Origin: Camelus ferus
Taxonomy: Eukaryota
DNA: 64,000 nucleotides
NCBI RefSeq assembly: GCF_009834535.1
Contig: NC_045697.1
Span: 116,810,001 to 116,874,000, forward strand
Direction of reading: 5' to 3'
Part shown: one piece after another, positions 53,613-64,000 of the stretch
Layout: every line of letters begins with the position of its first letter
Numbering within the stretch: position 1 is the first letter of the stretch
Notes under the pieces: generated by a model
Told to the model about the DNA's origin: nothing
Seen by the model: only the letters and a program-made list of their open reading frames with translations
Database searches by the model: none
Position numbers and translations under genes: made by a program

Positions 53613-53971
53613 TGTGTTAGTTCCGACTGCTGTAACAAATTACCATAGATGGGGTGGTTAAAACAACAGAAACTTGTTTCTCACAGTCCCAGAGGTGGGG
53701 GGTCTTGAGATCAGCGGGCCAGCGTGGCCGGGCTCTGCTTGAGAGCCCTCCCCGCGGTTTGGGGACGGCTGCCTTCTTGCTGAGTCCGCAAAGGACACAG
53801 GGCAGAGAGACAGGAAGCACACCCTCTGCCTCTTCTTACAAGGGTGCTAATCCCACCACGAGGGCTTTACTTCGTGGTCTCATCACCTCTGAAGGTCTCA
53901 TCTCCAAGACACCATCACGTTGGCCATCAGCGTTTCAACGTGAATTTTGAGGGACACATTCCATCTGTAAC
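53613..53971 (-). mobile_element. MaLR LTR (MLT1A-like) inserted in a MIR (~53470-54000)
   Basis: ctgctgtaacaaattaccatag...ttaaaacaacagaaa...gaattttgagggacacattc; MIR core cagatgaggaaactgag on the left. Confidence 0.8.
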
Positions 53972-54935
53972 GCTTGCCACGAGCACTTAGCTGAGACAAG
54001 AATAGTTTGTTTACAGATTCCTCAGCTCAGCTGAATTTAAACGCAGGTGTATTGTCATTAGCTGTATTGTCTGGTTATTTCTAGAGTTTTATAATTAGTT
54101 GCAAAGATAAAGCAAGGAGAGTCGCCTTTGAGATGGTGATGACCTCAAAGTTATCTTCATTCCCCAAAGAACCTTAGAGTAATGTGCTTTCTTAACCAAA
54201 GTGTTGGTTATTTCCTGTGGGAAATTGTGTTCTATTTAGAGAAACAGCATGTTCATTCTTATAAAACTATTTGATTTTTTCTGTGTGCTATAGTGCTTTG
54301 TATCTGTTCATCGTTTTAACTTCAGAAACCATTCCAGGCTTCTCACCAAAGCTTCTTGGCTTACAATTTTTGGCAACGATACACACTATGTGGCCACGGG
54401 AATCAGATGACTGCCTTTTGGAAACCAGTGTGATTTTACCCTACAGTGTGTCTCTCTGGGTGCAGAACTGGTGATGGCTTGGAGAAGATTTGGTTTCTTT
54501 CTGCCATTTGCCTTAGACAGTCCCTCCACCCCCAGCCACGAGGGGTCCTGGTTTTCATTTTGTGGGTTGTGAATTGTAGTCTCTCCCAAATACTTTCTTT
54601 TGCCAGTATTTCCACACCATGACCCTGCTTTGAGAAAGGGGCTGGAATGCATAGGGCTGGGTAGGTGAGGGTGGCTGATGTTCACATTCTGTCTGTTCTA
54701 ATCTGGTGGATGAAATGTCCAGGAGGATACAGATCACTCGTAAAGAGGGAAAAGGTACAGGGCGCCCTTACCTGATGTTGCTCTGAGTCTTCACACAACT
54801 TTTCACTCTATCTTTCCTATTTGGGCATTTTCCCCTCTTCTTCCTCGCCTGCCCTATTCTTTTTGGGTCCTTCCACCAGGGCATTGGTTCTCAACCATTA
54901 GCTTGTACCAGATTACCTGGAGGGCTTGTTACCCT

Positions 54936-55414
54936 TGTGAATGAAAAATACTGCAAGCCGTATCAGTAAACAAAGAATACTGAAGCTATCAAGTCATTAG
55001 CGGCCGCCACCCCCTAGTGAGGACAGGCCTGCAGCCCGGCCTCTGCAGCCACTCACAATGGTGCATCCTGAGGGGACTCAGAATAAGAAAAGACAGGATA
55101 CTGGCCCTAGATGGCTAGGTGCTTGTCAAAGGGATGAATTCAGTGAGCCCAAATGTTTGCTCCCTCCCATACACAGAAAAGCGCTAAATTCTTTAACTTG
55201 AGATGTCTGATCTTCACTTAACAAGTAATTTTGTAGTGTTCTGACTACTTAGTCTTTGTTGTAAAGCTCCTATAGATCCTAGCTCCTGCCCTACCTCTGG
55301 AACAGTCCCTCAGAGTGATCTGAGAGTCAGTCATCCCAGGCTGAGTCCTCAGAAATGTCCACCGAATAAAACGTAACTCTCAACTTTTAGGCTGTGCATT
55401 TATTTCAGTCAACG
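54936..55414 (+). mobile_element. ERV1 solo LTR nested in a MER5A-like element
   Basis: TG start, AATAAA near 55365, 4-bp TSD ccct (54932-54935, 55415-55418); MER5-like halves lie on both sides. Confidence 0.85.
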
Positions 55415-56283
55415 CCCTGCAGATTGATTCAGTGGGTCGGGGGTGAGGCTTAAGGACTGCGCTTCTCATAAATTCCCAGGTAATGTCGATGCCGCTAGTC
55501 CAGGGCCAGTGCTTTATCATCTTAATATTTTCCTTCATTCACTCATGGATTCCTTTGTTCTACATTTATTGAGCCATCACTGAGCTGGGCAGCACCTGAG
55601 ACCCTGCGTGACCCCCACTGCCCACAGAACCCAGCTTTGGGAACTGGCATTTAGTGGGTCTTTAATAAATTTTAGGTTATTGTACAACCTACATTTCCCC
55701 AGATCACAACAGACAGCGAGTACCTAGCTCTCCTTAATGGGACTGACTCAAACTGTACTGATGCTCACCCCCTTCTGCAGAAAGCAAGACCTCTGGCAGC
55801 TCTCGAAAAGCACTCACACATGTCCCAGGGAGGCCTGGGCTTGTCATGCATGTGCTAAGAACCCAGTCAGATCTGGTTACCGCACGCCTGTCTCTCTCCT
55901 GGGTGTTTTCTGTCCATGCAGCTACTGAAGGGTGACCCGCTGCCCAGCCTGGGCTGCTGCTGCCTTCTCCAGGGTCCAAGCCAGGACCCCAGTGCCCACG
56001 CCAGGACCCCAGTGCCCCCCCCCCAGCTGTCAGCGTCTGCAAGTGAGGGAGGATGGGCTGCCCCTCGACCCTGCGTCCCATTTCCTTGCCTGGAAAGCAG
56101 TGTGTGCTGCTGGTGCCTCAATGTCTCAGAAAAATACATGAAAGCACCTCTATCAGGGTTTGTCTGTGGTTCTCTCCTGGGGCTTGAATCTGTCGGGTGG
56201 GATACATGACATTAATGCATCCTGTCTTTTCTAATCGTTTCTCTGTCATTTCATAAAACATGCATGTGTGGTTTCCACACCCT

Positions 56284-57240
56284 TGCTGCTCAAACACGGC
56301 CTCTGTACCCTGTTTACCAAATTGAGACTTGAGGACAGAGTTGTGGACAAAGTAGAAAAGGCAGCTTAATTTCTTTGCAGGCAAAGAAGGTCATAGTGGG
56401 CTAATGCCTCTAAGACTGTGAGCCTGCTGGGGAGAGAGGGCAGTAAAAGTTCAAGAGTTCAGGGGGCAGAGCTGGTTTCCATAGAGATCAAACACAGGGT
56501 AACAAAGTTTTGCAAAGTTGTCCTTGGTTTTGCAGATGCAGTTACCCTCTTCCATCTACTGGGTATGAAGCTCACCTCTGGCTCTGGGACTTTCAATATT
56601 CTTATTCCTAGAACACAGGATGTATAGGAAGGGGCTCCGTGCAAAAGAGCTCTAGAGAGAAACTTGTGCAGTTTAAAGTCAAATTGATAAATGCTTTTAG
56701 CCTTTTGAGCAGGCTGAGGCCTGGGACCTTCTGTTGCAGGCTGAGGGCTGCAGCTCGAACAATAGGATACAAGGAAATCACAAGGGGTCAAGAGGAGGGC
56801 ACTGGAGGCAGGAGCAGGGCTCTGAGCATGACCCCTGCACACAGGGGGTTGGGCAGACCACCCAAGCCTCCCTCCTCTCCAGCCCAACCCTGGTCAGAAA
56901 GAGCAGGAGAAAAGCCTTGAAACCATGATGCAATCAGGCAGCTGCAAACACCGTTGCAGATACCAGACAATCACCGACAACAACAGGGTCTTTCCCGGTC
57001 ACAGCCCACAACTTGTCAGCTGTGCCGCACGTGTCAGAAGCACAGTGGGGGACACAGCTGAGTCTCAAGACAACCAGATAAGAATTACAAAAAGGACCCC
57101 AGATTTCCCTCTACGTACTTCTGTAATTTCAGGAGTTTAATTGTAGCTCCAGAACCTTCTTAATGGGCTAAACTTAGTCTAGGAAGGCTGGGGGCCTTTC
57201 TTCCTTTAAATGTACACTGTCTGCTGCTTATTCTTTCACA
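56284..57240 (-). mobile_element. ERV1-like LTR
   Basis: Minus strand starts tgtgaaagaataagcag; the left part resembles artiodactyl LTR U5/R. No clean TSD, so boundaries are approximate. Confidence 0.6.
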
Positions 57241-57596
57241 CTGAGTCGCCTTAGGGGAGGAGAGAGGAGACTGTGGCTCTGTGCTCAGTTTCCAGCAAGG
57301 AGACCAGGGATTCAGACATGGATAGAAAATTACTGCTGCTTGGGGAGTGCTCTCCAAAGCCAAGGATGCCCCGGGGCCAGCGCGTCTGTCCTGCCTTCTG
57401 TGTGTGTGGCAGGGGAGTGGGGCGGGAGGCTGAGAGTTCAGCACCCACGGCTGGACAGAGAAGCCTGGTTGTCTGGACGGGCCGGGGGCTCCGAGGAGGA
57501 ACTCAGGCTGCCTCTGACTCACCTACTTCTTCAGTTACTCCACGATGACTCTGGCTGCCCTTGGGTTTTAGAACTAGGAAACAAATGCTGATTTTT

Positions 57597-59146
57597 TTTT
57601 AACATTTTTTATTGATTTATAATCATTTTACAATGTTGTGTCAAATTCCAGTGTTCAGCACAATTTTTCAGTTATTCGTGAACATATACACACTCATTGT
57701 CACGTTTTTTTCTCTGTGAGTTATCATAACATTTTGTGTATATTTCCCTGTGCTATACAGTGTAGTCTATTCTACAATTTTGAAATCCCAGTCTATCCCT
57801 TCCCACCCTCCACCCCCCTGGTAACCACAAGTCTGTATTCTCTGCCTGTGAGTCTATTTCTGTCCTGTATTTACGCTTTGTTTTTGTTTGTTTGTTTGTT
57901 TTTGTTTTTGTTTTTTAGATTCCACATATGAGCGATCTCATATGGTATTTTTCTTTCTCTTTCTGGCTTACTTCACTTAGAATGACATTCTCCAGGAGCA
58001 TCCATGTTGCTGCAAATGGCATTATGTTGTCGGTTTTTATGGCTGAGTAGTATTCCATTGTATAAATATACCACCTCTTCTTTATCCAGTCACCTGTTGA
58101 TGGACATTTAGGCTGTTTCCATGTTTTGGCTATTGTAAATAGTGCTGCTATGAACATTGGGGTGCAGGTGTCATCCTGAAGTAGATTTCCTTCTGGATAC
58201 AAGCCCAGGAGTGGGATTCCTGGGTCATATGGTAAGTCTATTCCTAGTCTTTTGAGGAATCTCCACACTGTTGCCAAAGCATTACTGAAGAGAAAGAAAG
58301 AGGCTGGAGGAATAACTCTCCCAGACTTCAGACAATACTATAGAGCTACAGTCATCAAGACAGCATGGTATTGGTACCAAAACAGACATATAGACCAATG
58401 GAACAGAATAGAGAGCCCAGAAATGAACCCACAAACTTTTGGTCAACTCATCTTTGACAAAGGAGGCAAGAATATACATTGGAATAAAGACAGTCTCTTC
58501 AGCAAATGGTGTTGGGAAAACTGGACAGCAGCATGTAAAACAATGAAGCTAGAACACTCCCTTACACCATATACAAAAATCAACTCAAAATGGATTAAAG
58601 ACTTAAACATAAGACAAGATACAATAAACCTCCTAGAGGAAAACATAGGCAAAACATTATCTGACATACATTTCAAAAATTTTCTCCTAGAAGAAATAAA
58701 AGCAAGAATAAACAAATGGGACCTAATGAAACTTACAAGCTTCTGCACAGCAAAGGAAACCAGAAGTAAAACAAGAAGAAAACCTACGGAACGGGAGAAA
58801 ATTTTTGCAAGTGAAACCGACAAAGGCTTGATCTCCAGAATATATAAGCAGCTCATACGACTCAATAAGAAAAAAATAAACAACCCAATCCAAAAATGGG
58901 CAGAAGACCTAAACAAGCAATTCTCCAAGGAAGACATACAAATGATCAAAAAGCACATGAAAAAATGCTCAGTATCACTAATTATCAGAGAAATGCAAAT
59001 CAAAACTACAATGAGGTATCACCTCACACCAGTCAGAATGGCCGTCATTCAAAAATCCACAAATGACAAATGCTGGAAAGGCTGTGGAGAAAGGGGAACC
59101 CTCCTACACTGCTGGTAGGAATGCAGTTTGGTGCAGCCACTGTGGA
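57597..59146 (-). mobile_element. Young 5'-inverted (twin-primed) LINE-1
   Basis: Minus segment to 58272 (ORF 57915..58277) and plus segment from 58273 (ORF 58252..59118, 288 aa of ORF2); perfect 18-bp TSD aaacaaatgctgattttt (57579-57596, 59147-59164). Confidence 0.95.
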
Positions 59147-61769
59147 AAACAAATGCTGATTTTTATAACATGTATAGATCGTCTAACCACCCAGGAGTGA
59201 AACGAGGACCATACCAGTATCTGTTCTTCCCGACGGACGTCACGTTGGCTGCCGCACATTCCATCGGTTTCCAGGGCAGCGCTCAGTCCGCGCAAACACT
59301 GCTCAGTTTCTGGTCACGTGGCAGAAACATCCTACCACAAACACAACCTTAAATAAAAGGAACAAAGATTCCCAGGGAGATGGGGCTCCAGGGAAGATTG
59401 CAGGAGATTTCTACGCTGGGAAAAGGGAGGGAGACTCTTCAGCCGGTGTGACAGCAGACAGAGAGGGAGGACCCAATGCAGTGAGATGCGGGAAGTTCGT
59501 CCCCTGGAAACAGGCCTGTTGGACACTCTCTCGGTCACCCGTGAGCCGGGGCTGTGGTTCTCAGCATCCCTTCGTAGAGTTGTAAGGCTAGCTCTGAGGA
59601 GACACAGAGTTTTCTCTGGAAGTGCTTCTCCTACGGAAAGCAGATGTGGTGGCCCCGGGAAAAGTGTAGGTCAACGGGAAGAATGTCTTTAAGGAGCAAG
59701 TCATCAGGTGCCAGATACAGGTGCACATACTTCTATAAAACATAACACAATAGCTGCAATCTCTTTTTATGGTTTTCAAGACAGGTATGATGTAGAGCGC
59801 TGTTTAAGGAATGGTCAACGTCTTGGTGCCAGTTAAACATTTCTGAAAGAAAATTTCAAAGATGACAGGGCTAAGAGTTTTTCAGTGACAGGCCAGGCTA
59901 GCTGGCTGCTGCCCAGGCCCCGTGTGAGAGTGGGTGGCGGGAGGACTAGCTGATTCCACGTGACAAGCAGGACAGAAGTCATACCCAAGAACTGCGGCTA
60001 AGCCAGGATTAGAGCTCTAGAAGGGCTCTGGGTCCTAGAGGTCAGGAGGGTGGTGGGCAAGGGTTAGGGGCCCAGTGGGCAGGTCTGGTCAGCACAGAGC
60101 AGAGACAAAGCATCCATCTGTAGATCTGCAATCTGTAACAAGCCTAAGTCAACCACAGCAAGGAGGAGCTTACGACTTAGCTTTGCAGGGGCTGGAGGCC
60201 TTACCTATGCCTCCGAGGGGCAGGCCTGAGGCCGCAGCTGCAGGGAGCAGTACCCCTGCCATGGTGGACTCTTGGGGAAAGAAGACTGTTCCGAGGTGGG
60301 AAACTTGGAGCCCTCCCCACTGTCGGATCTGGTCCTGGAGTTCTCCCAGATTGAAGGAGAAACATCCTTCCCACACTCGGGTCTCACCACTGGAAGCCTG
60401 GAAGGATTTAAAAATTATTTCCCTGCCAGGAAAACCTATGACTTATCACTTGACTGCAGAAAGGTGCTAATTTGCTCCTGAAACCAGCCCTTTACCTTTC
60501 AGAAGAGCGCATCATAACCCTGCACGTTAGACGTTTTTCGAACAATGGATTGGGGGTTCCACCTCACACCCATTACACGGGAATCTCCGGGGACCCGGCT
60601 GGGACCTAGGCATCTATCTGTTTCTGAAAGTTTCGGTGATTTCATTGTTCTTTAACCTCTTCACTGAATTTTTAAATGATGAAAGTATCATGAGCTCTTC
60701 ACTGCAAGTAAAAAAGATGGAAAAAAGGATTTGTTTTCCACTGTCTTTCTAGAAGGGGTTTAGCGTATGTCTACATGCTATAAAGAATATTCTTGTTTAC
60801 CCACCACCTCTTTCAGTTTTATTAAAGGATAAGGTGCACCAGTCATAAATGGACAGCCAATGAACTATCCCCAAATAAACACCATCTGGGTTTAAGAGCA
60901 TCACCACCAGCCCCAGACCCTGCCCATGTTTCTTCTCCACCATCACCTCCATAATTGTATCAAAATTCCCAGGTTATTCTAATGGTCCAGACCATTATCT
61001 TATGGTCTATTCTTCAATTTGTTTTCCCCAAAGATTTTTTTTTTTTAGTGGAGAGAAAATATTTTAGGTATGAAGATTAGTGTATCAGTCACTCGGAGTT
61101 AATAACAGCCGTAACGATAACAAATGCTTTGAATGTTTTACGTGTACTCACACGGCAGAGCTGAAAATTCTATTGTGGCAACAGATTTTCGAACCATTAG
61201 TCATGCAAGGAATTTAGCCTGATTTTTCTAAAACTAAATGAAATTTTTCTCTTGAGTCTCATGATACCTGATGGTAGAAGGTAACTTTCTGGTCAATTTC
61301 AGCAGAGACCACGAGCAACATGTGGTCCCGTTGCCAAACACACCCAGGGAAGGAGGCTGCAGTGCTGGGGAGCCTGAGGTTGCTGGGGTGAAGGGTGAGG
61401 ACCATGTCTGTTGGACCACTTGTGGACGATACATCCAGGCCCGAGTGAGGAAGCCAGCCTTCTGGTCATCTTAAATGCTGCCTGAGAGAACAGCCTGAAG
61501 AAACGAGGCGGTCTCCGTGGAACAGTGGGCTGCCGGATTCCAAGGCACTGAGTGGACACCAGCAGCCAGCCAGGGAGACAGCGATCTTCAACATGATGGC
61601 AAAATGCCTCCAAAGGTCAGCTTTATACACCTGCCGCTCCCTGAGAGCCGGTATGCCCGTCCACAACAATGACAGTGGAGTAGCAGGAATGTTTCTGCTG
61701 ATCCCACCCCTCCTTCCCCACCACCCTGTGACTCTGAAAGAGCTGGAGCCAAACTCAAAGTGGAGTGAC

Positions 61770-62258
61770 TGTAACAGGGAAGTATAAGTCTGACTCCACG
61801 TTAGATCCATTTCTTTCACTTTGACCTTTGTATCTATTGCTTTTGCTTCCAGTTCATCACTAAAGGGATGTAGCCTATAAGCTTAAATTATACAAAATGG
61901 TGCATCTCTGGGAACCCTGTCTCCTAGATAATGAGCATTAAGCTAAAATATCTTTGTATTTAGCTCACAGGAAACATCTGACCAGGCCCACTTGGGAATG
62001 GATGCAGGAAGGAAGAAATTAACACGGCCCCTCTGGAGGCTGACTGGAGCCAGGAAATATTTGACTTTACTCCCTCCCCTTTGAGTATAAAGGAAGCCCC
62101 AATTCTAACTCAGGGAAGATGGTTCTTTGGGACACTAGTCCACCATCTTCTCGACCTGCTGCTTTCTGAATAAAATCATTATTTCTTGTCCCAACACCTC
62201 ATCCCTTGATTTACTGACCTGTTGTACAGTGAGCAGTACATGCTTGGGCTCAGTGACG
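61770..62258 (+). mobile_element. ERV1 solo LTR (MER41-like)
   Basis: tgtaacaggg start, TATAAA, AATAAA, near-TSD tgac/tgag; same family as 41234-41702. Confidence 0.85.
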
Positions 62259-62669
62259 TGAGTGGGTGGGTGGATGAGGAATAAAGCCCTAGACAGAAAA
62301 AATAATCCTAGATGGATTTCTTCTCCCCTTTTTCAGTAGCTTTTGGCCATACTTTTTGAGGGACAGCTAGCTTTCCAGACAGGGGAAATGCTTTAAATTT
62401 AAAAGGCATTTGAAAATCTTGACCAGTATGTAGAATCCAACTTTTGATTAGGTGTGTGTCTTTGATGAAAAGGACCAGAGAAATCTTTAAAAATCTCAAT
62501 ACGACTAGGGAAGTCCTGCCTGAGTTTTTATCCAAAGGAGTTGAAAAGAGCTACTAGGTCCACAGAGCAGTGGGGAGAATGATTAAAACTGGTTTCTGAT
62601 TTTATCTGCTGAGCATGGTTTCTGCATTGTATTTGTAATATCAATATACTAGCTACACCAATAATTATA

Positions 62670-63222
62670 TTTTTTAAACTGAAGTGTAGTTGACTTACAA
62701 TGTTGTTAGTCTCTTTTTTCCTTATTTTTATTGTTTTTATTTTTATTTTTTTATTCATTTAATTGATTACTTTATTTATTTATTTTTTTTATTCAGTCAG
62801 TTACCATGTGTCAGTTTCTGGTGTACAGCACAGTGTCCCAGTCATGCATATGCATATTCTGGTGTACAGCATAGTGATTCAGTTACATGTATATTCATTT
62901 TCATATTCTTTACCAGTATAGGTTATTACAAGATATTGAATATAGTTCCCTGTGCTATACAGTAGGGCCTTGCTGTTTATCTATTTTATGTAGTAGTAGC
63001 TTGTATCTGCTAGTCCCAAACTCTCAATTTATCCTTCCACTCTCCCTCTCCCCTTTGTAACCATAAATTTTTCTCTATGCCTGTGAGTCTCTTTCTCTTT
63101 TGTAAATAAGTTCATTGGTCTCATTTCTTACATTGTACATATAAGTGATATCATATGATATTCGTTTTTCTCCATCTAATTACTTCACTTAGTATGATAG
63201 TCTCTGGGTCCTTTCATATTTC
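62670..63222 (-). mobile_element. LINE-1 3' end with a second L1 tail nested at ~62713-62857
   Basis: The motif ttctggtgtacagca occurs twice, with a T-rich tail between the host halves. Confidence 0.8.
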
Positions 63223-63379
63223 AACAATAAGTCAATGAACTGGTTCCTAACTCTACCAGACAGCATCCCCTTGGTGCAATGGTGACTCCCTGTCAAGATG
63301 TATGTGCTGGGAGAAGGGCCTCCCAGAAGTTCGATATGGTGTCAGGGACAAAAACACTCTAAATTTTCATCCTATCACC

Positions 63380-63545
63380 ACTGTCTCATACAGGCGTCCC
63401 AAGAAACCCACGAGGTAAGTGCGACCATCATTCGTCTCTTTGACAAAGGAAATGAGGCTAGAGAGGAGGTGGGTTTCCTGTGCCTTCAGGAAGGACCAGA
63501 GCCAGGAAGCGAGAGGGTGGGACTCCAAGCCACGCCTCACCTTCT
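63380..63545 (-). mobile_element. MIR
   Basis: tgacaaaggaaatgaggctagagaggagg...gggactccaagcc. Confidence 0.55.
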
Positions 63546-64000
63546 GAAGCCCTTTCCCTAAGTATTACCCTCTTCAGCCTCCACTAATCCCTCTTGTGCC
63601 TGGAAGGGAGGTGATATATTGGCCTTTTAATAAAAAGACATTTCGTTTGGGGGAGAGGTGCAGTCAACAAAATGTACTAACTTGACAGCTCTTATCTACT
63701 TCCTAAGCATTTCTTCACCAAAAAAACAAACAAAAAACTGCTTTAGAAACAGCTGGTGGAGGCTTCTGTTTAGTATAACCCAGTCTCTGCCAAAGACAAT
63801 TTTAATTTTTAGAGTCAGGTCAGTTATTCTTCAGAAGGTATGAAAACAACAAGATAGTTTGAAAAACCAGCCTTGAGACAGTTTCCTTTGCAGAAGTTAA
63901 TATTTACTAGCTAGAAAATAATTCTGTGCTTAGAGAAGGGTATCTTAAGAGTACTGGAACACCAAGGGAATTGACTGGATGCTTAAATTCTCATAAAGTT

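Noticed and set aside
58252..59118. Longest ORF (288 aa) as a host gene
   Set aside because: It is the L1 ORF2 C-terminal region inside an inverted insertion; it has no ATG start and no RT/EN core.

Overview
Mammalian genomic DNA, very probably camelid (camel/alpaca/llama), judged from tRNA-derived Vic-1-type SINEs. The left half holds most of TMEM144 on the minus strand. Ten coding exons lie between 26421 and 2083, totalling 963 nt (321 codons), all with GT-AG junctions and consistent phases; the last coding exon falls off the left edge. A CpG-island promoter with non-coding first exon(s) sits at about 32.4-32.9 kb. The right half is intergenic and repeat-rich (L1, L2, MIR, ERV1 solo LTRs, MaLR, hAT/Tigger DNA transposons, microsatellites), with no other recognisable protein-coding gene. 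I see no wholly new multi-gene system. The best lead is a convergence of signals suggesting that the orphan DMT-fold transporter TMEM144 is a TFEB/CLEAR-regulated lysosomal transporter: a perfect GTCACGTGAC in the promoter, plus DTTPLM and YSWV sorting-type motifs in the central loop. Other notable items are an unidentified retroposed 3'-UTR-like insert, three twin-primed (5'-inverted) L1s, a tail-less internal L1 fragment, a probable young-into-old L1 conversion patch, and L1-derived cryptic splice sites in intron 1. Repeat subfamily names and comparisons with human TMEM144 come from recall, not database searches.
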